DNA of 20,000 bases from assembly GCA_010093995.1 (NCBI GenBank), contig ML992505.1:724718-744717 (forward strand), in the 5' to 3' direction. Made by a program: the position numbers and the translations under genes. A model generated the notes under the pieces. It worked only from the letters and a program-made list of their open reading frames with translations. It was not told the origin of the DNA and made no database searches. Below, piece by piece: positions 19,071-20,000 of this stretch. This DNA is from Elsinoe ampelina (taxonomy: Eukaryota). The stretch's first letter is position 1; each line of letters opens with the position of its first letter.

Positions 19071-20000
19071 ATTTAGCTAGCTAGAAGTCTATAGAGAATA
19101 CCGATAAATTAAAGCTAAAAAAAGGTGTAATAGTTGCTATACTACTCTAATTAGGTTGTTACTGTCATAGTTAATTATTAGATAGCTAAATTAAAACTAG
19201 TAGACGTGTAGTTCTTACTTACTAAAGAGTATACTAATTATGCTATTTATACTACTACTAAGGTAGCTAGAGCTATAATCCGCTAAATTCGACTATTCCT
19301 TAAGTTCTTTAGCACTTCTTATTCTTCTATTAAAGCTTATATACTATACTCTTATACTCTTACCTCTTTCTTAGAAGATATAAGTCCTTTATAGCTAAGC
19401 TCTTTCTATGCTAACCTATCTAAGGAGGTAATAGCCTACCTAAATAACATTTCTACTACTTATCTTAATAAAGTTTAAGCCTTCTTAAGAGAGATATATA
19501 ATTACTAGATATACTTAAGTATAATCTAGTATATAATCTAGCGCTAGTAGTAGTCTTAAAAGGTAGCTAAGAAGGTAGTAGCTAAAAGAGATATAATACT
19601 TAGAGTAAATTAGACTTAAAGGTATATACTTTAGCTAGTTAATAGAATTATTTATATTAATAAGTTAATTATAACTAGTAAGATAAGAGAGTTAATTATG
19701 TCTATTTATTGCTTAGTAGAAGGCACGTTTAGGGGTGAAATATTGTATAGAACTAATCGCACACTAGTTAGGTAATAGACAAGTTAATTAAAAGAAGTCT
19801 ATCTACTAGAAGAAAGAATAGCTATAAATCTCTAGGCCTTAGCATTATATAACTTAAGGTTATATAACTTTATAGCCTAATTATCTAGAGAGAGCTATAT
19901 TCTTAACACTTCTACTTAGCTTCTATAGATAAGCTATTAGGTTAATAATAAGCTAAGTTACTTTATAAACCTTATAAAGATCTAACCTTATAATAGCTTA
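19071..20000. mobile_element. RIP-degraded repeat/transposon relic (AT-rich block), continuing past the window end
   Basis: Abrupt switch to very AT-rich sequence with a large TpA excess (TAG/TAA/CTA throughout) and almost no CpA/TpG. No ORF of 60 aa or more starts in it. The family cannot be identified by eye. Confidence 0.85.

Noticed and set aside
18494..19084. 196-aa plus-strand ORF
   Set aside because: It starts in a microsatellite, crosses homopolymer runs and has no protein-like features.
1..20000. tRNA, rRNA, snoRNA or CRISPR arrays
   Set aside because: No cloverleaf/T-loop motif, paired C/D boxes with terminal stems, or repeat-spacer periodicity was seen by eye. A covariance-model search would be needed to exclude small ncRNAs.

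Overview
Filamentous-ascomycete genomic DNA, judged from short GT-AG introns with CTRAY branch sites and a RIP-type AT-rich block. Two conserved genes bracket the window: a 6-exon CCAAT-binding factor subunit HAP3/HapC (NF-YB, 1022-2547, +) and a P/S/Q-rich protein with a conserved basic C-terminal domain (15565-17134, -). Between them is a fast-evolving block containing a frameshifted small coiled-coil gene, a secreted six-hairpin glycoside hydrolase (GH142-like), an arylamine N-acetyltransferase, three BTB/POZ genes with the same intron position (two appear disabled), a coiled-coil gene, and a 333-bp Mutator-like MITE (66-bp TIRs, 9-bp TSD). The window ends in a heavily RIP-mutated repeat (about 19071-20000). 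The most notable observations are: (1) a 736-nt HAP3 intron holding an in-frame alternative N-terminus that would replace the start of the histone fold; (2) two tandem paralogs that share an unrecognised ~190-aa domain but have different N-terminal modules (BTB vs coiled coil); (3) small indels that can be reconstructed and that disable several genes. All calls come from manual reading, with no database searches.
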